The notes beneath the pieces were generated by a model that was not told the origin of the DNA, did not search any database, and saw only the letters and a list, made by a program, of their open reading frames with translations. A stretch of 63,996 nucleotides of DNA, the filler included, from Craspedostauros australis (taxonomy: Eukaryota): assembly GCA_030167865.1 (NCBI GenBank). It is 14 parts of 14 records of this genome, joined end to end, with 100 filler letters (N's around TTAATTAATTAA, not from the genome) between each part and the next. Parts side by side here need not be neighbours in the genome. Positions count along the whole stretch, not along the records: positions 24,937 to 32,523 come from JALAGF010004191.1; positions 32,624 to 34,785 come from JALAGF010004192.1; positions 34,886 to 37,154 come from JALAGF010004193.1; positions 37,255 to 39,964 come from JALAGF010004194.1; positions 40,065 to 41,600 come from JALAGF010004195.1; 9 more parts are not named here. One strand, 5' to 3'. The position numbers and the translations under genes are program-made. Shown piece after piece: positions 30,505-41,700 of this stretch. Position 1 is the stretch's first letter. Each line of letters starts with the position of its first letter.

Positions 30505-31951
30505 CGGCATCAACCGCCACACCACAGCACACCAATGTCATTTCGCTAACACCGGATTCACTCATGACGGCATCACATATCAACCATGTCATACACGGTA
30601 CCACAAACTATGCTGCCGAGTCGGACCTCCTTTCCGCACGCGCCTTCGCAATCACAAAGGTCTCGTTCTGCCAGCCAACCTACGCATTCTGGGTCTCTTC
30701 GTATGCGAAGCCTGCACGGTGCGAGTACACCTCCGACGCGAACTGATTGCCAGTCCAGCGGACCATCACCTACTCCGCCTCGAACGCATGCGGATCATCG
30801 ACCTCGCCCATAACTGGGCAGCGGGAACCCTGACCACATACGGGAGCAAGATCCAGGTGTTGCGGAGGTTTGGAATGCACTACGGCATCCCGACTCTACA
30901 ACTGCCCGATCTCCAAGCACCGCCCTACTCTGCAACGATCCCGATCATGTGGGCGCAAGAACACTACGCCACACAAACACCATCGCGCAGGGACCCACTT
31001 GGCGACACCACTCTCAAGTTCAGCACGGTCCGCGGCCTCCGCAGTGCCGCATCAGCTTTCTTGACATGGAACATGTGTCTCACCAATCCCGAACACGTCA
31101 CGCTCGACGCCAAGCAACGCCCCATCGTCGTGAATGAATGCCTTCCCACCGACCATCTCAGCTACTCTATGCTGACCCAGGGCATGCGGACGCGTCTTGG
31201 CGAAGACTCCAGGCCCTCCGCCGCCCTCCTTGCCCGACACGTTCACTTCATGGACCAATGCTTCCAACGCCAGTACCAACATGCGGCTACTCAACAACAG
31301 CGACAGACGGCGGCGATGGCAGGCGTCATCAACCTCGTGGGCTGGCTGGGCTGGCTACGAGCCTCCGAGGCCTTCGGCATCTCGTGGTCGGACGTCACGA
31401 TCCTTGAACCACGCAACGCAAGCAACAACGATCTCCCACCAAATACAGGCGCAGTCCTGCTACGCCTGGCTATGCAAACGAAGTCCGATCGCAGCCGCCA
31501 AGCCGATGTGGTCATCGCTTTCCGCTCGTCCTCAGGTCTCAGTCTCGGTGAATGGCTCCTCCGCGCACGGCGCGAACGAATTCAACAACTGCCAACTGAG
31601 CTGGTGGCACACCACCCCTCGGGACGACCATGGACGTCACACTTCTACCGTACGACGTTCACATACCCATCCCTGTTGGAGCAGCAGCAACGCGGCGACC
31701 CCTTTCTACGATCGGCCATCGGTGCACAGCAAATGCCCATTCCCACTCGGTTCTACTCCTTCCACATGTACCGACGAGGAGGACGCACACACGTCTCCAG
31801 GCAGAGATCGGGATGCATGCGAGCAGCCACCAAGCTCGAGGTCTCCGAACACGGCCGGTGGCGACGCCAACGGGCCAACGAAGATATGCCCACGGCATAC
31901 CTTCAGTGGCCACTTTCTGACCGGCTGGCAATCACCGCGCTCTGCATGTGA
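30320..31951 (+). CDS. ORF3 tyrosine recombinase with an N-terminal Cys/His zinc finger; true start unclear
   Basis: Catalytic set LRASE (R), TKSD (K), HMYR (HxxR), HGRW and PTAY (Y). The N-terminus has CTGC..C..CHTRYHKLC..FVCEAC. Confidence 0.88.
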   Translation: MGCSPTTICVSPLPLLSTFLTYSSVSLPTLVLSTLPDWTLLPAPGIDGITNGSPSICTGCANGINRHTTAHQCHFANTGFTHDGITYQPCHTRYHKLCCRVGPPFRTRLRNHKGLVLPANLRILGLFVCEACTVRVHLRRELIASPADHHLLRLERMRIIDLAHNWAAGTLTTYGSKIQVLRRFGMHYGIPTLQLPDLQAPPYSATIPIMWAQEHYATQTPSRRDPLGDTTLKFSTVRGLRSAASAFLTWNMCLTNPEHVTLDAKQRPIVVNECLPTDHLSYSMLTQGMRTRLGEDSRPSAALLARHVHFMDQCFQRQYQHAATQQQRQTAAMAGVINLVGWLGWLRASEAFGISWSDVTILEPRNASNNDLPPNTGAVLLRLAMQTKSDRSRQADVVIAFRSSSGLSLGEWLLRARRERIQQLPTELVAHHPSGRPWTSHFYRTTFTYPSLLEQQQRGDPFLRSAIGAQQMPIPTRFYSFHMYRRGGRTHVSRQRSGCMRAATKLEVSEHGRWRRQRANEDMPTAYLQWPLSDRLAITALCM

Positions 31952-32340
31952 TCGCCCGCCGCTCACTTTTTCGTTTGTTGTTCCTCTTTTTCTTCCACTT
32001 CTTTCTCTTTTGGGGGGGGGACCCTCTTTTTCGGCCGCCTACGACAGAAACAGGGGGTACCGAAAGGGAGATACTCTCCCTTTGCCAGGGACACCCGGCA
32101 AAATGGGTCGAATTAGTCTATTTTGGAGCCTACTGACCCAGCCAATCAAAACTCGTGGTTTTTGCGATGACAAAAAACCCCGCACGAGGAATGTTCTCGA
32201 ATCAAATTTTCGTTCTCAGGAACTCTTTGAAGGTCATAGCTTCCAGTTTTATTTATGGGAAAACCATGGAGAAACTCCGAAAATGACTCTGCAATACTGT
32301 GCCTTGATTTAATCCCGACCAGTCGTGCGAAAACCGAACC

Positions 32341-32520
32341 CTCGATTTTAATAGCCGTCATTCGATTTATTTATCCGTCATTCGATTTAAATATCCGTCA
32401 TTTGATTTATTTATCCGTCATTCGATTTTAATATCCGTTATTCGATTTATTTATCCGTCATTCGATTTTAATATCCGTCATTCGATTTATTTATCCGTCA
32501 CTCGATTTATTTAGTTATCA
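32341..32520 (+). repeat. 20-bp tandem repeat, 9 units, with two alternating variants
   Basis: TTCGATTTATTTATCCGTCA alternates with TTCGATTTTAATATCCGTCA up to the contig end. Confidence 0.95.
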
Positions 32521-32623
32521 ATCNNNNNNNNNNNNNNNNNNNNNNNNNNNNNNNNNNNNNNNNNNNNTTAATTAATTAANNNNNNNNNNNNNNNNNNNNN
32601 NNNNNNNNNNNNNNNNNNNNNNN

Positions 32624-33998
32624 ACCGACCATGGCGCCATCGATTGCGATGTCCGAATCCACAATGATGGGCGCCATACCATAAAGCATGCCATCGATGT
32701 CTCCCTTTCCAAGGGCTTTCTCATCCAGTCGCAGATCAAAGACTGCCCATCAAGGGGTGTGACTTACAGCGACAGCCGCCATCATCATCAAATGAAAGGC
32801 ACTGACAACGGCAGAAGCAACAGCCAAGTGGAATACAACATCAAGAACGCAGATGAGATGATACAACATGATTCGGGGTCCTGGACACAAAGCGAAGTTT
32901 CCATTATGCCAAACACTGGTAGCACCAGATTTGTCTTCAAGAGGGTCGCTCCGGAATACCTCGAAAAGGACAAGCCCACCTTCTTCAAGGGCACCGTTGA
33001 TCTCGCCATGGAGGCGCACTACTTGTCAGCCTTGCACCACCCCAACATTGTCGCCCTCATCGGCATGAGCGCAAGCGAACCTTCCGTCGACCCCAACTAC
33101 TTCATCCTCATCGAACGGTTGGAGGAGACACTCACCAAGAGAAGTGAGAAATGGGCCGCCATGAATCGCATCAACAAGGGAATCACTGGCGCCTTCATCA
33201 GAAGCAAGAAAAGGGTGCAGAAGCTGCTCCACCAGCAGATGGAGGCAGCCTACGATATCGCAGCTGGCTGCGAGTACCTGCACGAGCAGAACATCATCTT
33301 TCGTAGTCTGGTAAGTGCGGCATAGTACGACTACTGATGTATGGCAGCGCCAGGCTACCATGCGCTCATCTTCATGTTATTCGGAGACTGTGCGCGTGTG
33401 CTCTGCCATTGCTTTGATCGATATTTGGCACCATGTGCTCACGCTGCCACCTTCAACGTCACTGCCACGTTCACCTCCTATACCTACGCTCACACTACAT
33501 ACGTGCACATGCAAAATCCACATACACATCCACATGCAAATGCAAATGCACGAGCAGAAACCAGACAACATTGGATTCGACTCAACCAACGTGCTGAAGC
33601 TCTTCGATTTCGGCCTGTCAAGAGAGATTCAGGAGGAGGACAAAGTCTCCGACGGATTGTATCGAATGACCGGCATGACAGGTACCTTGCGGTACATGGC
33701 GCCGGAGGTCGCCCTCGACCAACCCTACAATCTCTCGGCAGATGTCTACAGCTGGTCGATGCTCATGTGGTTCATCCTGGCCCTGGAAGCTCCATTTGCC
33801 TTCTTCACCCAGGTCATGCTCTACGATCGTGTGGTGCACCGCGGTTCGCGCCCCACCATCTTCAAGAGCTGGCCTCAGGCATTGGCCGCCACCATGCGAC
33901 GTGCCTGGGACGCCGACATCGAGAACCGCCCCTCTTTCACCGAGATCAAGCTCGTGATTAAGGAACAGCTCTATTCTATTGAGAGAGATCTAATGTAG
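32624..33998 (+). CDS. TKL-like protein kinase family protein (probable pseudokinase); 5'-partial
   Basis: Intron 33311-33557 (GTAAGT..CAG) joins IIFRSL|KPDNIGFD. Other motifs: HPNIV, LFDFGL, GTLRYMAPE, ADVYS and RPSF. Confidence 0.88.
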
Positions 33999-34885
33999 TA
34001 ACAGTAGCAGCAGCATCGTCACGCGCATTGTTGCCACAGGCGGGTCCACAGCCGCAAGTTCGTTGGCATCCGACTGCAACAACCGAGGCATTCACAATCG
34101 CATACTTACTTGGATTACACCCGGGCTACCAAAGATAGTAGAGTGGAATGGAGTAGACAGTGCACTGCTGTGTGCGGTAGATGTACCAAAGGTCGCATAG
34201 TATAATATAATATACTACTACATATTACAATACACATTGGTACGAAGGTTTGTTCGAATACAGGCTATGGTAGGTATTATGATGGAGCGTCTCACCAAAT
34301 CGAAAATTGTGTTTTCATAGTCAGTCCCACCAAACTCATCCTGTGAATGAATCGACTGCAACGAATACGAATACCAAAAGCCACGATTCCGAAAGATGAG
34401 GTGACCACGCAAAGGTCGCATGACCGTGGATGCAAACGATCCGAAATTCCCTTCTTGTTTCCATCCGTCCAAACTTCGCCGCCTGATCGCGCGCCATTTG
34501 TGCCATGTTTTCGCTTTCGCATGAGACATGCCATTCATGTGCCAACCAGCGAGAGCACACACTCAATCACACACACTCACTCACTCACTTTCGTTGATCT
34601 CTTGTGAGTGCCATCGATCACGAGCGTCACTTCCAACACAAGTAGGTCGTATTGAGCCGTCCAAATATGAGCCACTAGCTGCGAGCCACGAGCACAGCCA
34701 GTAGCCCACCGATCCCAAGAGCATCATCCATCACAAGGGCATCACCCATCAATTGATCCTTGCGCTGTATGACTACTCATATATANNNNNNNNNNNNNNN
34801 NNNNNNNNNNNNNNNNNNNNNNNNNNNNNTTAATTAATTAANNNNNNNNNNNNNNNNNNNNNNNNNNNNNNNNNNNNNNNNNNNN

Positions 34886-36532
34886 GAGAGATTGTAGGGT
34901 TGGTCGAGGGCGACCTCCGGCGCCATGTACCGCAAGGTACCTGTCATGCCGGTCATTCGATACAATCCGTCGGAGACTTTGTCCTCCTCCTGAATCTCTC
35001 TTGACAGGCCGAAATCGAAGAGCTTCAGCACGTTGGTTGAGTCGAATCCAATGTTGTCTGGTTTCTGCTCGTGCATTTGCATTTGCATGTGGATGTGTAT
35101 GTGGATTTTGCATGTGCACGTATGTAGTGTGAGCGTAGGTATAGGAGGTGAACGTGGCAGTGACGTTGAAGGTGGCAGCGTGAGCACATGGTGCCAAATA
35201 TCGATCAAAGCAATGGCAGAGCACACGCGCACAGTCTCCGAATAACATGAAGATGAGCGCATGGTAGCCTGGCGCTGCCATACATCAGTAGTCGTACTAT
35301 GCCGCACTTACCAGACTACGAAAGATGATGTTCTGCTCGTGCAGGTACTCGCAGCCAGCTGCGATATCGTAGGCTGCCTCCATCTGCTGGTGGAGCAGCT
35401 TCTGCACCCTTTTCTTGCTTCTGATGAAGGCGCCAGTGATTCCCTTGTTGATGCGATTCATGGCGGCCCATTTCTCACTTCTCTTGGTGAGTGTCTCCTC
35501 CAACCGTTCGATGAGGATGAAGTAGTTGGGGTCGACGGAAGGTTCGCTTGCGCTCATGCCGATGAGGGCGACAATGTTGGGGTGGTGCAAGGCTGACAAG
35601 TAGTGCGCCTCCATGGCGAGATCAACGGTGCCCTTGAAGAAGGTGGGCTTGTCCTTTTCGAGGTATTCCGGAGCGACCCTCTTGAAGACAAATCTGGTGC
35701 TACCAGTGTTTGGCATAATGGAAACTTCGCTTTGTGTCCAGGACCCCGAATCATGTTGTATCATCTCATCTGCGTTCTTGATGTTGTATTCCACTTGGCT
35801 GTTGCTTCTGCCGTTGTCAGTGCCTTTCATTTGATGATGATGGCGGCTGTCGCTGTAAGTCACACCCCTTGATGGGCAGTCTTTGATCTGCGACTGGATG
35901 AGAAAGCCCTTGGAAAGGGAGACATCGATGGCATGCTTTATGGTATGGCGCCCATCATTGTGGATTCGGACATCGCAATCGATGGCGCCATGGTCGGTGG
36001 CACTGCTCCCATCGACATCCTCCCACTCGCTGTCCAGACGCAGGCTGCCCTGCTGCGATGCCTGCTTGTTGCCATGGTCACGGTTGTCCTGCCTTGATTT
36101 GGATCTGGACTTGCCGCGCAGACGTCTGAGCAGGGAGAACTTGGAACCGTCCGTGGTTGGGAGGTCGTCCGTGACGGTCTCCCCCCCAAGATTGTCCACC
36201 TCATACACGATGCAAGAGCCTCCGCGACCCAAGACCCTGCCAATGGTGAGGTCCTGCGTTGCATCATAGCGCGGCAACAGCTTGTACCGGCTTTGTTGGG
36301 AGTCGTCGAGGTTGGCCCTGAGCAATGCGGATTCCATCACCTGCCGCTCGACGAGCTCCCCTACCGAGTCCAGCAAAACGGTGGTGTCAATGCTTTCCTC
36401 GCTGTCTGACATGTCGTCGTGAGACAGGGTGTTCCCATGCTCGTCGTCGCCACTCGTCGGGTTGCCTCCCGCACTCGGTGGCTTGAGGGTTTCTGGATGC
36501 AACTCATGCGGAGACAGCAGTTGGTTCACCAT
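34886..36532 (-). CDS. Same kinase gene in reverse orientation; 3'-partial, supplies the N-terminus
   Basis: 34886-35998 is the reverse complement of 32624-33736. The Gly loop VLGRGGSCIVYEV is present. Probable ATG at 36532. Confidence 0.85.
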
Positions 36533-37254
36533 GATAGCAGTGTTACAGTGTTGCAGTCTTGTGGTGCTGTCCAAGAGCAATGATGGGATGTGATCGTCGA
36601 TGCTCTGTTTGGATGGATGTCGTTGCAGCCCAAGCGGGGTTTTGTGATCGAAGTTTGTACATCAAAGAAAGGCAGGCCAAGCTGCTCGTCTGTTTCCACA
36701 GCACTCTGCCACTCGAATCCATGCGGATTGCAGCCGCAAATCGTGAAGCGTGACAGAACCGTCCCTGGAGATTCCTGTGTGGTACGGCTTCAAGTACTAA
36801 GTGCCAGTGTCATGATACAATGCAAAACGATGTATTCCAATGGAATGCGATGCAATGTGACTGTGGCGGAATCGTCCACCAGGCTCATTTTGTCACAGCG
36901 CATGCTCAGACATGAAAATGAAACTGCAGAACGCCCTCTCGCCCTCTCGCCCTCTCGCCATGAGCGTGATGCCTTGTTTGCGTTGGACGACGCTCGCGTT
37001 GGGAAGGATTGATCAGCGTGTCTGGAGATTCATGAGATTCTTGTAATCCACGATGATGCCAATGCATCACAGCGGAATTTCATCATCATGACAACGGTAC
37101 TCAACCTCGTGTCAAAGATTGTTCTCCGAACACATGATTGATCGTTGATGAGAGNNNNNNNNNNNNNNNNNNNNNNNNNNNNNNNNNNNNNNNNNNNNTT
37201 AATTAATTAANNNNNNNNNNNNNNNNNNNNNNNNNNNNNNNNNNNNNNNNNNNN

Positions 37255-39964
37255 TTTGAACCATACATCGCTGTCAGCGCGGCACGAGGTGAATCCGAGC
37301 GAGTCTCTGAGTGTCTCTGCGAGATGTGCCCTCCAAGCTGCGCCACTCGACTTCAGTCCGTAGAGTGCTCGACAGATGACGGCAATCTTTCCGGCGTCTT
37401 CTCCGAATTCAGGTCCACACGTCGTGTATACCTGTTCACGACATGGTGCATTCAGATAGGCGTTCATCACGTCGGCTGCTTGTACGTCGAGATCGTTGAG
37501 TGCTGCGAGAAGGAATGCGATTCGAACACTTTCGCGTGTGACCACACTCGCGTATGTGATGCTTGATGGCGTCTCCGTCATGTGGCCTCCGGCAACGAGC
37601 CGTGCCTTTCGTGTGAGATCGACCTTGATATCGAATATCATATGACATTCAATGTATGTGTGACCGATTGGTGGCTTGGTGTCTTCGCTCTTGATTGAAA
37701 ATGCTGGACGGACGTTCTTCATTTCCCGTTCGAGTGCCTTGCGCCATAAGTCGGTGCCTGTCTCCTCGTCAATAGCAAGTGCGCGTTGTACCGTCTTCGG
37801 CAACTCGAGGCCATATTTTTCGTTTCGTCTGAAGTATCGTTTCTGGTTTGCCATAATGATCCTGTTTCGTCGCTTCAAAGTGTAAGGAACCCACCAACGG
37901 AAAGCGGGCTCATGAGCAAGATTGTTGACGTCTGCGTATTCGGCTGTCTTGACTGGGTCGGCCTCCTTCGCGTCTCTCAAATGAATCCACGATGTGGACC
38001 CGTCCTTCCACAGTATACATAGCTTCCATCCCTTGGTTGACTTGGTTGTGGTGGTGTCGTTGACGTTTGCTGCCGTTGGTAGTTTCTTGTGATCGATGAT
38101 GTCTTCCATGAGTAGTGTCGTGTATCCGTCTTCATCCATCCGTGCGTATATGCTGTTCGCGATTTGGTTTGCGTTGTAGACTTCGCTGTGTCCGTCAATG
38201 AATTCAACCTCGTACATAGAAGTGTCAAGAAAAGGATTTGTGTGAGAACGACCAATCAACTGTCCGCTTGCATCGCGCTTGCGACGTTTCACGGTTCCGT
38301 ACTGCATGTCATCGCCAGTGGACAATAACACTCGTGCAGATAGATATCGATCGTATGCATCAGTCTCCGCATCTGCAGAATCTGACAATGGTTGCAAAGG
38401 TTGTTGTTGTTCGAGGAAAGCAATGTCTTCGGCGGTATCATCGACATCATCGCCGTCGTCTTCAGGTTGGATGCCTTCCATTCGATCTTTCCATTTCGAC
38501 TGTAGCTTGGACATGTAATCGGCCTGTCTCTGCTTGATCGCTTCACTGTTCTGGTCGGCAACGGACAAAGGAATCACAGAAGATTTAGAAACAACAACGC
38601 CGGATTGGGTGAGAACATACGAGCACATTGCCTCTCCCACGGTTCGTGAAGGACCGAGGTAGCGACCGAGATGCTTCGTATTCATTTCAGCATCTTGTGG
38701 ATTGATGTACCACACAAAGTCGAACCACCCAAATTCAGAAATGTGTGAGATGTCGGCTGTGTCACCAGTCAGAATCGTCGTTGGTGTCTGACCATGCAGA
38801 TCGTAGATTTGTAATGCAGTGTTGCTTCGGATCTCGGCGCAATACTCGAAGCAATAATCCCATAGATATGCTGGTGTGTTTGTGGATGTCATGAGTCGAC
38901 GGTAGTGACGTCTGAGCTCACGAATTGTCGCTTCAGCCTTGTTCTGATTGTGAATGTAGGCTTCGATTGGTCGGAGTGAGACCTGAGCCTTGAGAAGTTT
39001 CGCTCTGAAGTCGCCCTCGACAAGCTCTTTCGCATTATCTGGTATCATGGTGTGTGGAATTCCGTAGTCTCTGAACAATTCGTCAAGTGTCTGTGCAGCT
39101 TCGCGTCGGGCTGCCATTGGGTACACTCGGACCCAATGAAACGGCGTACAATAGATCATGGCACACTTGTTTCCGCGTATGGACTTTGTCTTCGCGATCA
39201 TCGTATCCGTGTACATCTTGGTGTTGAGGCGGCGATATCGAAGTTGCATTGCATATGGAACCAAACGACGTGTCCCCGTTGTCGTGCTGAAGTCTCTGAC
39301 AGCCAATTGTGTTGTGACGCCAAGCGTGCGCCGTGCTGCTTCAATACCGATGCGCCATCTTGCCGCCAGCTGCTCTGGCGTAACCGTCCCCTTTCGATTG
39401 GAGGTACGTGCATGTTGAATGGAATGTATTTCGCGTTGACATGTAAGTGATGAAATGTGTTGCATCTGCTTTTCTGACTCAAGCTTGGTACGAATGGACG
39501 CCTCGTCGTCCCCTGTCGACAGCTGGGCTGGATCCCAATACTGATCGGATGTCATATAGACGTGTACGCAATCATGGTCGGACCTAATTTCGTCCTGTGT
39601 AGGTTTGCGTATATGGAAGTATGAAACTGTACCATGTAGCTGAAGAGGAATATGCAGATCGTAATGTGAATGAAGAATAGAATGTGAGTGTGCATGGCGC
39701 TCATCCTCCGGCAACATCGTGAGAGGTGTTTCATTGATTGTAACGCCAGCCATGCGCAATTGGTGTGGACACAACAGCGGATGTTGTAAATTGTCGAAGT
39801 ATAACGATTGAGGAAAGAAGAGAATGTAAGTCGTGTACGAGATCGGATCATCATATGCAATTGCCGCTGTAACAATGGGTACGTTCTCGACGTCTCCCAA
39901 TGTGTCCAAAAATGGTGATGTTGTGACAGTTTGTGAGGTACGATGCACAATGTAAGCAGATGGT
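37255..39964 (-). mobile_element. Ty1/copia (CoDi-like) pol fragment: integrase, chromo-like domain, RT start
   Basis: Open frame across the whole contig. Integrase D (YTDTM), D (PDNAKE) and E (QNKAE) precede RT motifs KARLVAGGH, ADVMNAYL and ALYGLKSSG, which is the copia domain order. Confidence 0.92.
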
Positions 39965-40064
39965 NNNNNNNNNNNNNNNNNNNNNNNNNNNNNNNNNNNN
40001 NNNNNNNNTTAATTAATTAANNNNNNNNNNNNNNNNNNNNNNNNNNNNNNNNNNNNNNNNNNNN

Positions 40065-41600
40065 TACACTTTGAAGCGACGAAACAGGATCATTATGGCA
40101 AACCAGAAACGATACTTCAGACGAAACGAAAAATATGGCCTCGAGTTGCCGAAGACGGTACAACGCGCACTTGCTATTGACGAGGAGACAGGCACCGACT
40201 TATGGCGCAAGGCACTCGAACGGGAAATGAAGAACGTCCGTCCAGCATTTTCAATCAAGAGCGAAGACACCAAGCCACCAATCGGTCACACATACATTGA
40301 ATGTCATATGATATTCGATATCAAGGTCGATCTCACACGAAAGGCACGGCTCGTTGCCGGAGGCCACATGACGGAGACGCCATCAAGCATCACATACGCG
40401 AGTGTGGTCACACGCGAAAGTGTTCGAATCGCATTCCTTCTCGCAGCACTCAACGATCTCGACGTACAAGCAGCCGACGTGATGAACGCCTATCTGAATG
40501 CACCATGTCGTGAACAGGTATACACGACGTGTGGACCTGAATTCGGAGAAGACGCCGGAAAGATTGCCGTCATCTGTCGAGCACTCTACGGACTGAAGTC
40601 GAGTGGCGCAGCTTGGAGGGCACATCTCGCAGAGACACTCAGAGACTCGCTCGGATTCACCTCGTGCCGCGCTGACAGCGATGTATGGTTCAAACCTGGA
40701 GAGACGAGCGATGGGTCAAAGTATTACGAGTACATCCTCGTGTACACTGACGACATACTTGCCATATCCAAGGACCCGCGCGCTTTGCTCTCACAAATTG
40801 ATTCTTTCTTTCTACTCAAACCCAAATCCATCGGTCCACCAACATCATACCTCGGTTCAACCATTGCTCCCTTCCATCTGAAAGCAGAGCCTGAGCGGCC
40901 CAAGTGGAGCATGGGATCACAACGCTACATTCGAGAAGTCATCAAGATGGTCAAACACTGGCTCGAAGAACGTGGTGGCAGATTCCGCAACACTGCGTCA
41001 TGCGTCCTGCCAAATGGATATCGTCCAGAACTTGACTCGACATCCTTGTGTGATCCTGAAGAGATGAACTACTACCAACAGATGATCGGAATATTGAGGT
41101 GGATCGTTGAGCTGGGGCGAATCGACATATGCTGCGAAACGAGCATGATGTCAACATACTGTGCAGCGCCACGAACTGGTCACTTGCGTGCTCTCTTTCA
41201 CATCTTCTCTTATTTGAACTCACATGACCGATCACGACTGGTCTTTGATGACGCCTACATCGAAAAGGGCAACATCCAGACTCCGGATTGGACTTCTTTC
41301 TATCCTGATGCACGCGAACTGATACCTCAAGACATGCCGGAACCGAGAGGCAAGGAAGTGCAAATGACGTGTTTTGTTGATGCGGATCATGCTGGTGACC
41401 AAGTCACTCGCAGATCACGCACAGGTGTTTTGCTTTGTTTAAATTCCTCACCCATCCTATGGTACAGCAAGAAGCAGAACGGCATCGAGACTTCTACATT
41501 TGGTTCAGAATTCACAGCACTCAAGACAGCCATGGAGATTGTGATTGGCATGAGATACAAGCTTCGAATGATGGGTGTTCCTTTGGATGGACCAGCCGAC
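40065..41600 (+). mobile_element. Ty1/copia RT-RNase H fragment with an intact frame
   Basis: VYTDD, GRIDI, FVDADHAG..TRRSRTG and SKKQ..ETSTFGSEF. Its first ~630 bp are the reverse complement of 37255-37885. Confidence 0.93.
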
Positions 41601-41700
41601 NNNNNNNNNNNNNNNNNNNNNNNNNNNNNNNNNNNNNNNNNNNNTTAATTAATTAANNNNNNNNNNNNNNNNNNNNNNNNNNNNNNNNNNNNNNNNNNNN

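Larger units (their letters stand above)
24937..32150 (+). mobile_element. DIRS-type tyrosine-recombinase retrotransposon; 5' end cut by the contig edge, 3' boundary approximate
   Basis: Three overlapping same-strand ORFs in the order gag, RT/RNase H/MT, tyrosine recombinase. No DDE integrase or protease is seen. Confidence 0.9.

Noticed and set aside
24937..31951. Bacterial retron, DGR or prophage integrase interpretation of RT + tyrosine recombinase
   Set aside because: The RT-RNase H-MT fusion, Gag knuckle and ORF order match eukaryotic DIRS-type elements.
31990..32145. Self-cleaving ribozyme at the YR element end
   Set aside because: Stems are present, but I could not identify a hammerhead core (CUGAnGA/GAAA) or an HDV pseudoknot.
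32341..32520. 20-bp array (and the 61013-61119 repeats) as a CRISPR array
   Set aside because: There are no unique spacers and no cas genes, and the context is eukaryotic.
32624..35998. Apparent inverted duplication of the kinase gene (likewise copia 37255-40694 and 43337/48134)
   Set aside because: The copies lie on separate contigs and are best explained as overlapping assemblies of the same sequence.
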